From Victivallaceae bacterium (GTDB lineage Bacteria; Verrucomicrobiota; Lentisphaeria; Victivallales; Victivallaceae), in assembly GCA_031555495.1 (NCBI GenBank), contig JAVBUI010000274.1, forward strand, positions 1-37,064: a stretch of 37,064 bases of DNA. Reading direction: 5' to 3'. The notes beneath the pieces are model-generated. The model was not told where the DNA came from. It ran no database searches and saw only the letters and a program-made list of their open reading frames with translations. The position numbers and the translations under genes were made by a program. Numbering within the stretch: position 1 is the stretch's first letter; the number at the start of each line of letters is the position of its first letter. Positions 7,375-17,400 of the stretch are shown here, piece by piece.

Positions 7375-9168
7375 ATGAAGCATATTCTGTTGGCGGTGCT
7401 GGTCCTGTGTGGTGTTGTGGCGGCGGTAGGGGCGGAAAAAGATATTAGGTTCAAAGAATTTTCTACCAAAGATCACCCCAAGTCACAGGGGTTAAATGTC
7501 ACGATTACCTACCCCACTAGTTGGAAAGACGAAGACGGTCGACGGCCACATATGCTAAAAACGTACTCAAAGGAAGAAGGGAGCATACTACTATCAGAGC
7601 TTATTGGGATAAAGCGAATATCGTCCGATAAATTATCCGTTCATCTACAAGAATTCTCCAAAATCTTAACGCAAATATCTACAGAAGATTCGAAAACTGC
7701 TGATTTTTTGGAAGTCGCAAGAGCAATATATTACCCCGATAAAGTAGACGAATGCTTCAAAATGACAGTCGATGGAGTTCCGGTTCTTGTAGTTTTCAAT
7801 AAAGGTACTATTGAGCGTGGCGGTATTCACTGGTTTTCTCGCCGATCGATATATACTTACTTTTATGATGATTATATGGTAACAATCATGTTTGCCGTCG
7901 GAGGAACGCCAGAAAGGCAAAATGAAGTTGATTCATTGTACAAAAAAAACCTCACATTATTTCATTATATTGCATACCAGACAATATTTACAACAAAATG
8001 GGAAACGAAGGATATTGCTCCGACAAAAGCGGCTCCCAGGACAGAAAGCAAATTGACTGAAAGTATTGATTCCAACGTCCAGAAGACACCGATGACAGAG
8101 CTTCCCAAGCAGGAAAGCAAAAAAGATTCAGATGGGGCTCTTGAAAAGAAAATTTTGGGGTTTATTGTGCTCGGGATTGGCGCGGTCATCTCCATTTTTT
8201 GGATTACATTAAGTATTGTACGTACATTCTGTTCACCAAAAAAAGAAAAGAAAAGCGACTATTCCCCAGAACAGTATCGGACCGGTCTTGGGCCTCCAAA
8301 GGAGCCGGAGCAAGCTCAAGCGAATCCTCAAGCAAAAGCGCCGACCGAAAAGAAACAAGCTGGCGTGTGCTCCTGGGAGGAATGGAATGAGTGTATGCGA
8401 AAAGGTAATTCTGAACAGGAACAAACCGCCGTGGAACAGAATGTGGCAAATCAAGAAGACAAAAGCACGACTACACAAAAGACAGTTCGGTTTGTAATCA
8501 AATGGGGGATCGGATTATTTGGTGCAGTCGTCGCTGTATTGATAAAAGAAAGCTTGAAAAACTCTTCGGCTTCTGGATTGGGCGTGATTGCGATGATTGT
8601 TTCCTTTGCGGTCATTGTTTTTTTGGGAAATATCATCATGCATTTATTCTTAGCTGCAGGAGAGGGCGCAGCGGACGCAGTCACCCAAAAAGAGGACTTA
8701 CCAAAAGACAAGAGCCCAATTCCCTCGGAAGAGAACACATTGCAGTTAGAGACGTTAAGTGATGAAATGCTTGCCATAGTCCTTGATATGCTGACGAAAG
8801 CAAGACTTCGTCACGAGAAAAGCGGGGAATGTTATGACGTGTGCCCCTCGTGCAAGCAGCGAAAGGTGTTTTTCTTTTCGCTGAACAGCGGCCCCTTCGA
8901 TTTATTATTTAAAGATGACGATTTTTACTTTCTGTGCTCAAATTGTTTTGCCTACCGTAAAATGCCCAATTCAAGTAAATCGGGAACGTACATCAGTATC
9001 AATGCCCAAGAGTGTGATATGCTTGGGGGACTTTACCAAATGACCAAATCCGTAACCGAAAACCGCCAAAGAGTAGAGGATTTCATAAGGAAAAAAGAAT
9101 TCGAAAAATACATATGGTGGGAGGAAGAGGGGAAGAAAAAGAAAGATTCATCCTTGACAACCCCATAA
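7375..9168 (+). CDS. multi-domain membrane protein: signal peptide, extracytoplasmic domain, 3 TM helices, cytoplasmic Cys4 zinc-ribbon-like C-terminal domain; unknown function
   Basis: Start at MKHILLAVLVLCGVVAAVGA (ATG 7375); the upstream ORF-track extension is GC-rich and Arg/Pro-rich. Predicted TM helices at aa 259-283, 374-391 and 402-427. Cys cluster CYDVCPSCK...FLCSNC at aa 486-524. The gene is about 40% GC in a ~60% GC context. Confidence 0.75.
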   Translation: MKHILLAVLVLCGVVAAVGAEKDIRFKEFSTKDHPKSQGLNVTITYPTSWKDEDGRRPHMLKTYSKEEGSILLSELIGIKRISSDKLSVHLQEFSKILTQISTEDSKTADFLEVARAIYYPDKVDECFKMTVDGVPVLVVFNKGTIERGGIHWFSRRSIYTYFYDDYMVTIMFAVGGTPERQNEVDSLYKKNLTLFHYIAYQTIFTTKWETKDIAPTKAAPRTESKLTESIDSNVQKTPMTELPKQESKKDSDGALEKKILGFIVLGIGAVISIFWITLSIVRTFCSPKKEKKSDYSPEQYRTGLGPPKEPEQAQANPQAKAPTEKKQAGVCSWEEWNECMRKGNSEQEQTAVEQNVANQEDKSTTTQKTVRFVIKWGIGLFGAVVAVLIKESLKNSSASGLGVIAMIVSFAVIVFLGNIIMHLFLAAGEGAADAVTQKEDLPKDKSPIPSEENTLQLETLSDEMLAIVLDMLTKARLRHEKSGECYDVCPSCKQRKVFFFSLNSGPFDLLFKDDDFYFLCSNCFAYRKMPNSSKSGTYISINAQECDMLGGLYQMTKSVTENRQRVEDFIRKKEFEKYIWWEEEGKKKKDSSLTTP

Positions 9169-9192
9169 ATCCGTGCTAACTTAAAATCCAAA

Positions 9193-9336
9193 GCCCTTAG
9201 AACAGGCTTCAAAGATAGGAGAATTCCATGAGATTTTATTTGAGAGCGTGTACAGTTGCGCCTTCGGGCGGGGCGGCGACCTACTGCCGTTTGTTCTAAC
9301 TTCTGTATGCGCTCTCTTTTTGCCCTTAGAACAGGC
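9193..9336. repeat. two exact 15-bp direct repeats GCCCTTAGAACAGGC plus an inverted TTAGAACA half-site (operator-like) upstream of the bro-like gene
   Basis: Exact copies at 9193-9207 and 9322-9336. Reverse-complement core TGTTCTAA at 9292-9299. CTAACTT also recurs at about 9175 and 9295. All lie in the non-coding gap 9169-9353. Confidence 0.7.
9228..9299 (+). CDS. possible 23-aa micro-ORF (MRFYLRACTVAPSGGAATYCRLF) between the operator-like repeats
   Basis: AGGAG at 9217-9221, 6 nt before the ATG at 9228. The stop TAA at 9297-9299 lies inside the inverted half-site. Below the ORF-track length cutoff and no homology recognisable. Confidence 0.2.
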   Translation: MRFYLRACTVAPSGGAATYCRLF

Positions 9337-9353
9337 AAGAAAGGCAGGCTGTC

Positions 9354-10664
9354 ATGATCAGCAATCTCACCCCGTCCGTCTTCAACTTTGAAGAAACCCG
9401 TCCCGTCCGCGTCATCATGCAAAACAGCGACCCGTGGTTTATCGCCAAGGATATTTCCGGGATTCTCGACTATGGAAAAACCGAGGCAATGACCCGCCGT
9501 TTGGATGACGATGAAAAGGGTACTACGATTTGTAGCACCCCCGGCGGTGAGCAGGAAATGACCATCATCAACGAAAGCGGCCTGTACAGCGCGATCCTCG
9601 GCAGCTCCAAGCCGGAGGCGAAGCGCTTCAAGAAGTGGGTTACGTCGGAAGTCCTGCCCTCGATCCGCAAGACCGGGCGTTACGCGGCGGCGGCGGAGGC
9701 GGTTCCGGCTCTGGGGTTCGGCGTCGCCGATTTGCCTTTGCGCTACCGGGGCGTTCCGGTGATGACGATCCGCATGTTCGCCGAGAAGTTCCAGTCGTCG
9801 ATCGACGCCGTCCAGCGCAAAATCCGCCAGCCCGATATCGGACTGATCGACGGCGTCGACTTCTTCTACATCGGGAATCTGACCCGGCAACTTAAGATGG
9901 AGATCGGCTTGCCGAGCAACAATAACACCGCACGGCAGATGACTTTGCTGACCCTCTCCGGCGTGTTGAAGGTCATGCGCTACTCCTCGCTCCATCCAAG
10001 GGAGCGTACCCCCGTTTGCGCCACGGCTGCGGAGCTTCCCACTTGGGACGGGCGTGTGCTGCCGATGGTCAGGAGGCTCAACTATCGCGGTGTGCCGGTG
10101 ATGACGCTGCGGCAGATCGCCGACGGCATCGGGGTATCCACCGGATGTCTGCACCACATGATGCAGCAGGGGCCGGGTCTGATCGAGGGGGTGGATATCT
10201 TCCGGCTTCGCGGCTTGACCATCGAGACGCGCAATGCGATCGGCTTCGAGCCGGGTGATCAGATCGCCAACCAGATCGATCTTTTCAGCTATCCGGTCGG
10301 AGTGAAGAAACTGCTCGACTTTTACGGCAAACGCCTGATCGCTTCCGGCGTGAAGTTCAGAATAGCCCCGTCTTTGCCGGCGTCCGCCCCGGAAAATACT
10401 ACGGTTTACCGCCGTTCAGAACCGCCGGCGAAAGACGAACACTCCGAGTACCGCGGGCTCCACTTCGCAAAACTCCCGTATCGCAAGAGCCAGTTCCGGC
10501 TGGACCTGCTGCTGGAGAAATGCCGGGCCCTCGGGATCGACGTAAACGCTGAAACACGTGAGTTCACCCTTCTCTTCTACGTGATGCATGCCGTTCGCCT
10601 GACCGCGACGCGCGGTTGCGTCATGCCCGACGGCGAGGGCGGATTCAAGTACGAAATCCTGTAA
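9354..10664 (+). CDS. BRO-N domain plus two ORF6N-like domains: phage antirepressor/Bro-family DNA-binding protein
   Basis: N-terminus FNFEETRPVRVIMQNSDPWFIAKDISGILDY...GGEQEMTIINESGLYSAILGSSKPEAKRFKKWVTSEVLPSIRKTGRY matches the BRO-N pattern. Two repeats LRYRGVPVMTIRMFAEKF...GVDFFYI and LNYRGVPVMTLRQIADGIGV...GVDIFRL match the ORF6N/KilA-N-related pattern. Confidence 0.85.
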   Translation: MISNLTPSVFNFEETRPVRVIMQNSDPWFIAKDISGILDYGKTEAMTRRLDDDEKGTTICSTPGGEQEMTIINESGLYSAILGSSKPEAKRFKKWVTSEVLPSIRKTGRYAAAAEAVPALGFGVADLPLRYRGVPVMTIRMFAEKFQSSIDAVQRKIRQPDIGLIDGVDFFYIGNLTRQLKMEIGLPSNNNTARQMTLLTLSGVLKVMRYSSLHPRERTPVCATAAELPTWDGRVLPMVRRLNYRGVPVMTLRQIADGIGVSTGCLHHMMQQGPGLIEGVDIFRLRGLTIETRNAIGFEPGDQIANQIDLFSYPVGVKKLLDFYGKRLIASGVKFRIAPSLPASAPENTTVYRRSEPPAKDEHSEYRGLHFAKLPYRKSQFRLDLLLEKCRALGIDVNAETREFTLLFYVMHAVRLTATRGCVMPDGEGGFKYEIL

Positions 10665-10681
10665 CCCTCCAAGTTTTCCGC

Positions 10682-10720
10682 GCCCCCTGAAACCGATTCG
10701 GTTCCGGGGGGCTTTTTCTT
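10682..10720 (+). terminator. intrinsic terminator after the bro-like gene
   Basis: GC-rich hairpin GCCCCCTGAAACCG-ATTC-GGTTCCGGGGGGC (one mismatch, one bulge) followed by TTTTTCTT. Confidence 0.65.
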
Positions 10721-10774
10721 GATCTATTGAATTGCCCTGTGGTTTTTTTTTGTATGAAAAAAGGCCGGGAATTC

Positions 10775-10802
10775 TTGCAAGTTTACATTTTCGCGATATA
10801 GT
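10775..10802 (+). promoter_or_regulatory. sigma70-like promoter TTGCAA-16-TATAGT
   Basis: -35 at 10775-10780 and -10 at 10797-10802, preceded by a T9 tract (10743-10751). About 50 nt upstream of the strongly SD-led ORF at 10856. Confidence 0.45.
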
Positions 10803-10855
10803 AAAAGTGCAAGCCCCATCAATCGGGTAAGCATATCAGGAAAGGAGGAACCGTT

Positions 10856-11044
10856 ATGAGCGAATACCTGAAAGCATTTTTGGCTGGAGTCGGAAGCATT
10901 GGATTGTGCATGCCGAATCTTGACGAATTGCGGAAGAGTCGGCGCGGCGGTTTCCGGCGGGACGCAAGAAACCTCAGGCGCGATTTCCGGATTGCTGTCG
11001 CGCCCTTGCGGAAGAACGCGGAAAAGGCGGACAATGGCAAATAA
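10856..11044 (+). CDS. small basic hypothetical protein (62 aa)
   Basis: Strong SD GGAAAGGAGG 6-7 nt before the ATG at 10856. Overlaps the next gene's start by 11 nt, suggesting coupling. Confidence 0.5.
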   Translation: MSEYLKAFLAGVGSIGLCMPNLDELRKSRRGGFRRDARNLRRDFRIAVAPLRKNAEKADNGK

Positions 11045-11432
11045 AAACACCAAACTCACCGCAACTAGGCGCATGCCGGACGGCAACGAGTTTTCGCTTT
11101 CCCGCCAAGACGCGGAGCTGGACGTTCCGATTCTGCCTCATCCGGAGGTGATAGAGAAGCTGAATGCCTGCCGCCCGGACCTGATCGACTGGATGATCAA
11201 AGAAGCCAGTATGGAATCCGCAAAGCGGCGGGAACTGGATGAGAAAATCAACAACACCGCATGCTCCGCATACCGTCGCGGGCAGTGGCTTGGTTTTGCC
11301 ATCGGCTTGGCGGGCATTACCGGAGGCTCCCTGGTCGCGATTTTCAGCAGTTCTCCGGTTGTCGGCGGCACCATCGCCACTGCCGCGATTGTGGTTCTGG
11401 CCGTCGCCTTCCTGCGCGGCAAGCGGGAATAA
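11034..11432 (+). CDS. DUF2335-like membrane protein (N-terminal helical domain plus two C-terminal TM helices)
   Basis: Start at MANKNTK (ATG 11034). PILPHPEVIEKLNACRPDLIDWMIKEASMESAKRRELDE followed by two TM helices (WLGFAIGLAGITGGSLVAIF, VVGGTIATAAIVVLAVAFL) matches my recollection of the DUF2335 architecture. Confidence 0.6.
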   Translation: MANKNTKLTATRRMPDGNEFSLSRQDAELDVPILPHPEVIEKLNACRPDLIDWMIKEASMESAKRRELDEKINNTACSAYRRGQWLGFAIGLAGITGGSLVAIFSSSPVVGGTIATAAIVVLAVAFLRGKRE

Positions 11433-11450
11433 TTCCATCTTCTATTTCCG

Positions 11451-11486
11451 CGCCCCCTCCGACTTCGGAGGGGGCGTTTTGCTTTT
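11451..11486 (+). terminator. strong intrinsic terminator between convergent genes
   Basis: Perfect 11-bp stem CGCCCCCTCCG / CGGAGGGGGCG (11451-11461 / 11466-11476), loop ACTT, then TTTTGCTTTT. The U-run exists only in the + direction. Confidence 0.8.
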
Positions 11487-14400
11487 ACTTTTCGTCCTCG
11501 CCCCATTTCTTCTGAATGCGCCGGACACTTTCCCATGCGGGAACCACCGGTACGCCAAGCAGGAAGGAAGCGCTCTTGACCGTCTGATAAAGGACCTCGT
11601 CGGGCATGCGGTCGCCGTCCTTGTCCCGCTTCTGAAAGGCCCGCCACGGATCGTGGATGGCGCGGATCGCCGAGCTTGCCGGGTGGTTCGGCAGCCGTCC
11701 CTCGACGAGGACATTGGGGAGTTCCCGCGCCAGCGGGATACCCGCGAGCATGATCGACGAGCCCTCGGACAAGAGCTCCAGCCACGCCTTGCGCCGCTTC
11801 TTGTCGTCGTCGCTGCCGAGGTCGCCGAGGCTGTTGGCAAGCAGGAGGTTGATAAAGGCCGTCATGATCGTCGGGATCAGGAAGTCCGACACCATCGCGC
11901 TGGAGTAGCGCCCCGCGCCGATTTCCCCCTTTGCCGTCGCCAGTGTGTGGGCGGTGATCCGGTTGCTCTGCGCCACCAATGGCCCGACGAACATCAGAAA
12001 GAGCCCCCAGCCCTTGGCCCGCTGCATCGTGGTGGTGTCCATGTCCCGGTTCGACCCCTGTGTATCGACGATATGCTTGTCGGCGATCAGCACCGCGTCG
12101 GCCTGGCTGAATCCCCGGTTCTGCGCATGTTGATAAGCCGCCATCCACATCGGGTAAACCGCGCAGCGGTCCATCAGGTTGATCGGCAGGAAGCCGAGGT
12201 TGCGGAACTTGTTCAGCCCCCGGTCAAAGAGGGTGCGCCGGAGCTTGCCGATCTCTTCGACGATATCCCGGTCTTTGCCTTTGCTTCGCTCCCGCATGAA
12301 GGGGGAAAGATTGTTGACTTCGTTGATGCAGTCCAGCGGGTGGCGGTCGAATCTGGCGGCGTTCGCCAGCCACATCGGGACGCCGCCGACACTGTCGATG
12401 CCGGTGAACATCGTCGAGCTCTGCTTGAGCGCGGTGCCGAGTCTTCCCCAGAGTGCGCCCGATACCAGCGCCCGCTTCACCTTGGAGAGGAAAGCGTTCT
12501 GCTGCCCGGCATCGGGGTTGATCGCGTTGACCAGGTGATCGCGGAAGGCCGCATAGGTCTTCGCCCCGAATTTCGCGGTGATCTCCCGCGCGACGTCGGC
12601 GCTGTCAAAGACCGCCATCACCTCCCGCGCCGTTTCCTTGAAGGCGATATAGCGCGTCGTCGCCTTGACATGGCGGACGAGCCCGTCCAGCGACAGTTCG
12701 ACCGCCATGCCGGTATGCGCCAGCCGCTGTTGCGTCATGCCGTCGCCGGGGGCGGCGCGGCGGGCGGTGCCGTGATCGAGGTTCAATTCAAATTCCCCGT
12801 TGCGGCCGAAGAGCAGCTTACCGTCGTAGCGGATCGGCATGTAGCCGCCCTTGACCGTAATTTCTCCTTCGCGGGTCTGCACGGTAAACGATTCTGCTTC
12901 CTCCCGCGCCAGCGTCCGGTAATTGACGCGCTTGAAGACGCCATTCAGCTCCGGGTAGAGCGAGTCGACCGCGTCCCAAATTTGCTGAATGTGTTCCCAG
13001 TCCGCCGCGCGGTCAAAGACGGAAAGAATTGATTCGACCTGTCCCGCTTCCCACTGGTATCCGGCCAGCAGCCGTTCCCGGTTGGCGAGGTTGCCCCAGT
13101 TGAGCGCGGCGGCCAGCGCCATTTCCGGGCTCCATTTGCCGTCGGTGAAGCGCCGGTGCTCTTTGGAGAACTCCGGGAGCCCGATCAATTCCTTCGGTAT
13201 TTCGCGGAAGCGGTTGAAGAAATAGTCGATGCTCGGCATGAGTTTCCCCAGCGTCCGTTCCAGCAGCTCTTTTTGCCGGGCGTCGGAACGGTGGAGCTTG
13301 TTGAAGCCCAGGCGCTCGATAATGCCGCCGACGGCTTCGCCGGTGACGTTCTTGTAGCCGTCGAGCTTGCGGGAGAAGTGGAGGAGACTATTGAGCGATG
13401 CGGTCGCATCGGAGGCGAAGTTCACCGCCGAAGACCAGAGCGAGCCTGAGACTTGCCGGTCCGCTTGCGCCGCCAGCGAGGAAACGACGGCCTCGATGTT
13501 CTGATGCAGCTCGATCGACCGTCCGGCTTCGGTATTCTTGACCAGGTCGAGGCTGTAGCGGTAGAGCTGTTTCATGAATTCATGGAGATTGTCGAACTCT
13601 TTGACCGTGAGCTGCCGGTAATCCCGGACACGCGGCAGCTGCTCCATGGTGATATCCATCCCGGAATTGGCGAGGATCGTTTCAAGCGAATGCTCCGGCC
13701 GCGCAACTCTCTTCATCTCGTCGTCGGTGAAGCCGAAGTCCCGCGCCAATGTCCGGTAATAATAGCACACATCCCCCGCGACCTTGTTCAATCCCGCCCC
13801 GCGCGAATGTTTGCGGGCGATCTGTTTGACCCGGCGCGGGATGCCCTCCACCTGTGAGCGTTTCTTTTGCTGCACAGCCAGCATGGCGCAGTTGAGGTTG
13901 AGCCTTCTTGCGGCGTCAAGCGCCGTCTGCCAGTCCTCTTTTTTCAGCGCGGCGGCGCACTCTTTGGCGTTGCTCTCGACCGCCTGGAGGCGCAAATCGG
14001 TCCGCAGGGCCGACGCCAGCGGCATCTGATCGACCCGGTCTTGAGCGACCTTTTTCAGATCTTCCTTGCTCCGCCGCGCCTGTGCCGAGTTTGTTTTGAT
14101 GGACAGCGCCCCGATCAGGGTGTCCAGCTGCTCCAGCGTGGAGTCGGCGGCGGCCACCGTCTCGGAGGCGGGGAAGTTTTCTTCAAAGCGCTCGGCGGCA
14201 TACTCCGCCGCCGCCTTGGTGTATTCGTACTCGGTCGGCGCATTCAGCAGGGCGTCGACCATCTTTGCCGCGTTTTCATATCCGTTCTCCGTTGCGACCC
14301 GGTCAAGCTCGGTCTGGCTGTCGAGCCGCAGCGCGTTTTCCGCTTCGGCATCCCAATAAGCTTGGTTGTCGCGGTACTCGGTCTGGAAGTTCCGGCGGAT

Positions 14401-17400
14401 TTCCCGGTACGTCATATCGGAGAGGGCATCGATCAGCTCCTGTTCGGAGATTTCAAAGCTGGCCATTTCCGAGAGTTCACGGGCGGCAAGGTCGCTCTCC
14501 ATGCCTTTTTTGAGGTCAAAGAACGATCCGGCTTGTTCTTTGAGGATTCCGAATTTGGGATCGGGCTTGATCCTGCCGTAGTTGTTGCCGCGAATCAGCC
14601 AGGCAAGGTAGTGATTGGTGTACAAATATTCATCGAACGCCGCTTGGCGCTGCCGAAGTCCGATCTCCTTGTCGCGGCGCTGCTCCGGGTCGTGGAATTC
14701 TTCGCCGGGGCGGGCGGCCCGCGGCGTTTTGGCGATCACGCCCTTTTGCCGCAGCCGTTTTAGCACGTCGGGGCCAAAAAGCGCCTTGACCGCGGCGGCG
14801 TCAAGTTTGCCGTTCTCCCGCAGGAACTGCCGAAGCTTGTACACGGGGGCCGAAGAGAGTATTTCACCGGCGGCTTTGCGGGCCTCGGCGGCGGCTCTGG
14901 CGCGACCGGCGGCGCGGGCGCGGTCGAGATTGTCCAGCAGTTTTTCTTTCTCGTTCTCGGCCCACGGCAGAATCGCCTGCCTCGCAGCAGTGCCGATCCC
15001 GGACAATTGAGTTTGGCGGAACAAGCCGACCACGGCGTCGTCGGACATCAAGCGCTGCGCGGTTTCCTCGGCGGCCAGCCAGCGGTCGAAAATCTCCTTG
15101 ATTTCCGTCGGCAGGGGGTTGTCGTCGAAATAGCCTTTGACAGTGTTGTAAATCCGCGTCAGCCAGTCGCGGAACCGGCTGAACACCTTCTGCAGCGCTT
15201 CGTTGGGAGCTTCGCCGCGCTTGAGATAATATTCAAACGCCTTCGGCAGCTTTTCGTGATCGAAAGTCCCGTCCTCGCGGGTCGACTCCCTGCGGATCGT
15301 TTCGAGGTCTTCCTTAAGCGGAGTTCCCTCCAGCAGTCCTTCCGCCTCAAGCATTTCAAACATATCATAAAAGTAATGTATCACCTCGTGGGAAAGGCTG
15401 GAAACATCCGCCGCCTGAAAGAGATGGATCTTGTGAGTCCGGGGATCATAAGCGCCTTTTTTCTGATTTTCCGTGCTTTGCTCCTTGACATTCATATCAG
15501 TGGCGTTATCGTATCTCAAGAAGCTGGCAACATCCCTAGCCCGCTGGCCGCCGTTTTCGGGACTAGTTGGTGACACTTGTAGTAGTGGGGGATCAGCCAG
15601 CTTGACTTTTTGATATTGCATTGCCGTAATGGCGTGTACCGACCGGATATGATTATCGCTTCCCCGTTGCGCCTTTTCAATTTCCACCCGGTAAATGTTT
15701 CCGGTCGTCGGATCGAAGCCGACGAAAGCGGCGTTCTTCCCCATATCAGCTACCGGTTCCGGGTTGTGCAAAACGAATTCTACCGCCGCCCGCGCTTCCT
15801 CGGGTGAATTAAAGTATTCCGTATGACGCGCATAGAGAAATTCGTAGTCGGCATAGAAGCGTTCTCCTGTGAACCCATACAGCTCCTTGAATCCCGGCGC
15901 GGATGGGACACGCCCGTCACGCAGCAGATTCCGGTTTTCCGCATGATTGGGAGCTCCCGGACGCCGCAACGCGGCTGCCGCAGCCTGAAATGGCACATCC
16001 GACCGCTCACCGATCTTCCGGACAAAGTCTTCGTAGCTGCTGTTGGCGACAAGCGTCAGCGGTTTCAGCAGCTCCGCCGGGCTTTTGCCGCTGGCGCGTG
16101 CGAGGCCGCGGGCCATTGCGCCCAGGAGTTCAAGTTCGGCCTTCACCTGGGTTTTGCTGAACCGGCTGGAGAGCTCCGTCCCGAACCGCTCCAGCTCCGC
16201 GTCGAGTTCGCGGCGCTGCTGTTCCCGTTTCACATTGGCGGCTTCGGCTTTCGCTCCGGCAAGCTGTTCTTCCGCTTCCATCTCCTGCCGGATTTCGGCG
16301 GCGACTTCGGGAGAGACCGGCTCCGGCGCGGCGGAGAGAATCCCGCCACCCTCGGTATCCAGCGCCAGATCGGAAACTTTCCGATACAAGTCGTGCTGCT
16401 CGATCACCGCCAGCCGGGTAAAGGGGACCTCGACCGTGCCGTGTTCTTCGGCGCGGTTATTGAGTAAAGCCAGCTCATCCGGGGCGAAGTTCAGCGCGGT
16501 CTGCAACTCCGGCGACTCCTGATAAAGCGCCCGGAACTTCCCGGCGTCGAGGCCGAAGGAGAGATTTTGCGAAATCGCCGTATCGAGCAAATCTTCGGCC
16601 ACCGCCCGGCTGGGAACCTTCTCACCGTCTTTGGGGTGCAAATACTGATAAGTCCGGTCCATCAGGTCGAGCCGCTGCGCCTTGGCGCGAATCTCGCCGA
16701 ATTTAACCATGCCGCCGGGGAGATTCATCAAGCCGCAGAGCGACCCGACGCTGACGAAGGTCAGCAAACGTTCCTCCGGCGTCATAAAGGGCTGCCGGAC
16801 GTCGAGCGCCGCCCAGCCGTCAATATTGAGCGCTTCGCCGAGCTTGGTCAGGCCGAAGCCCATCGCCTTGCCGCCCTCTTCTTCGAGGACTTCGCCGACG
16901 AGGCCGTGGAATTGCGTGACGTCCCTGACGTTCTTCATCTGCCTTGCCAGCGGACGGAGCTTTTCAAACGGGATTTTGCGGGCCATCGCGTTGCCGGCGG
17001 CGGCGCCGATTTCGCGCACCCGCGCCGGGGGAATCTTGCCGAGCATCCGGCTCCACCGACCGACCTCAAACGCTCCGCCGAGACGTTCGGACACGTTCTC
17101 GATGCCCCGCTCCGTTACATGCTTCAGTACCATCGCGCCGAGCGCCAGTTGTTTTTCGGGCGAAAGATCCAGCTCCATCTGCCGCGTTTCGGGATTGTAG
17201 CGCAGGGCGCTCTGGTCCTGCTCGGCCATCACATTGGCGATGATTTCGGGCGTGTAGAGCGGCAACCGCAGCGCTTCTTCGGCCCCGACCAGCCCGACCG
17301 TCTTGGCGACTTTGGCGACCAGCCCGGACTTGGCGGCAAGATCGATCCCGAACTTGCGGAACAGCCAGGAGCCGCCGGCGGTCACGGGCTTGTGGGCGAT

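Noticed and set aside
7942-7949. A8 homopolymer (and an A7 tract at about 8240) inside the low-GC membrane-protein gene, considered as slipped-strand phase-variation sites.
   Set aside because: Tracts of this length are expected by chance in a Lys-rich, 40% GC gene. There is no evidence of frame alternatives.
9033-10157. 374-aa minus-strand ORF overlapping the bro-like gene.
   Set aside because: Arg/His/Gly-rich nonsense-like sequence. The plus-strand frame has clear BRO-N and ORF6N motifs.
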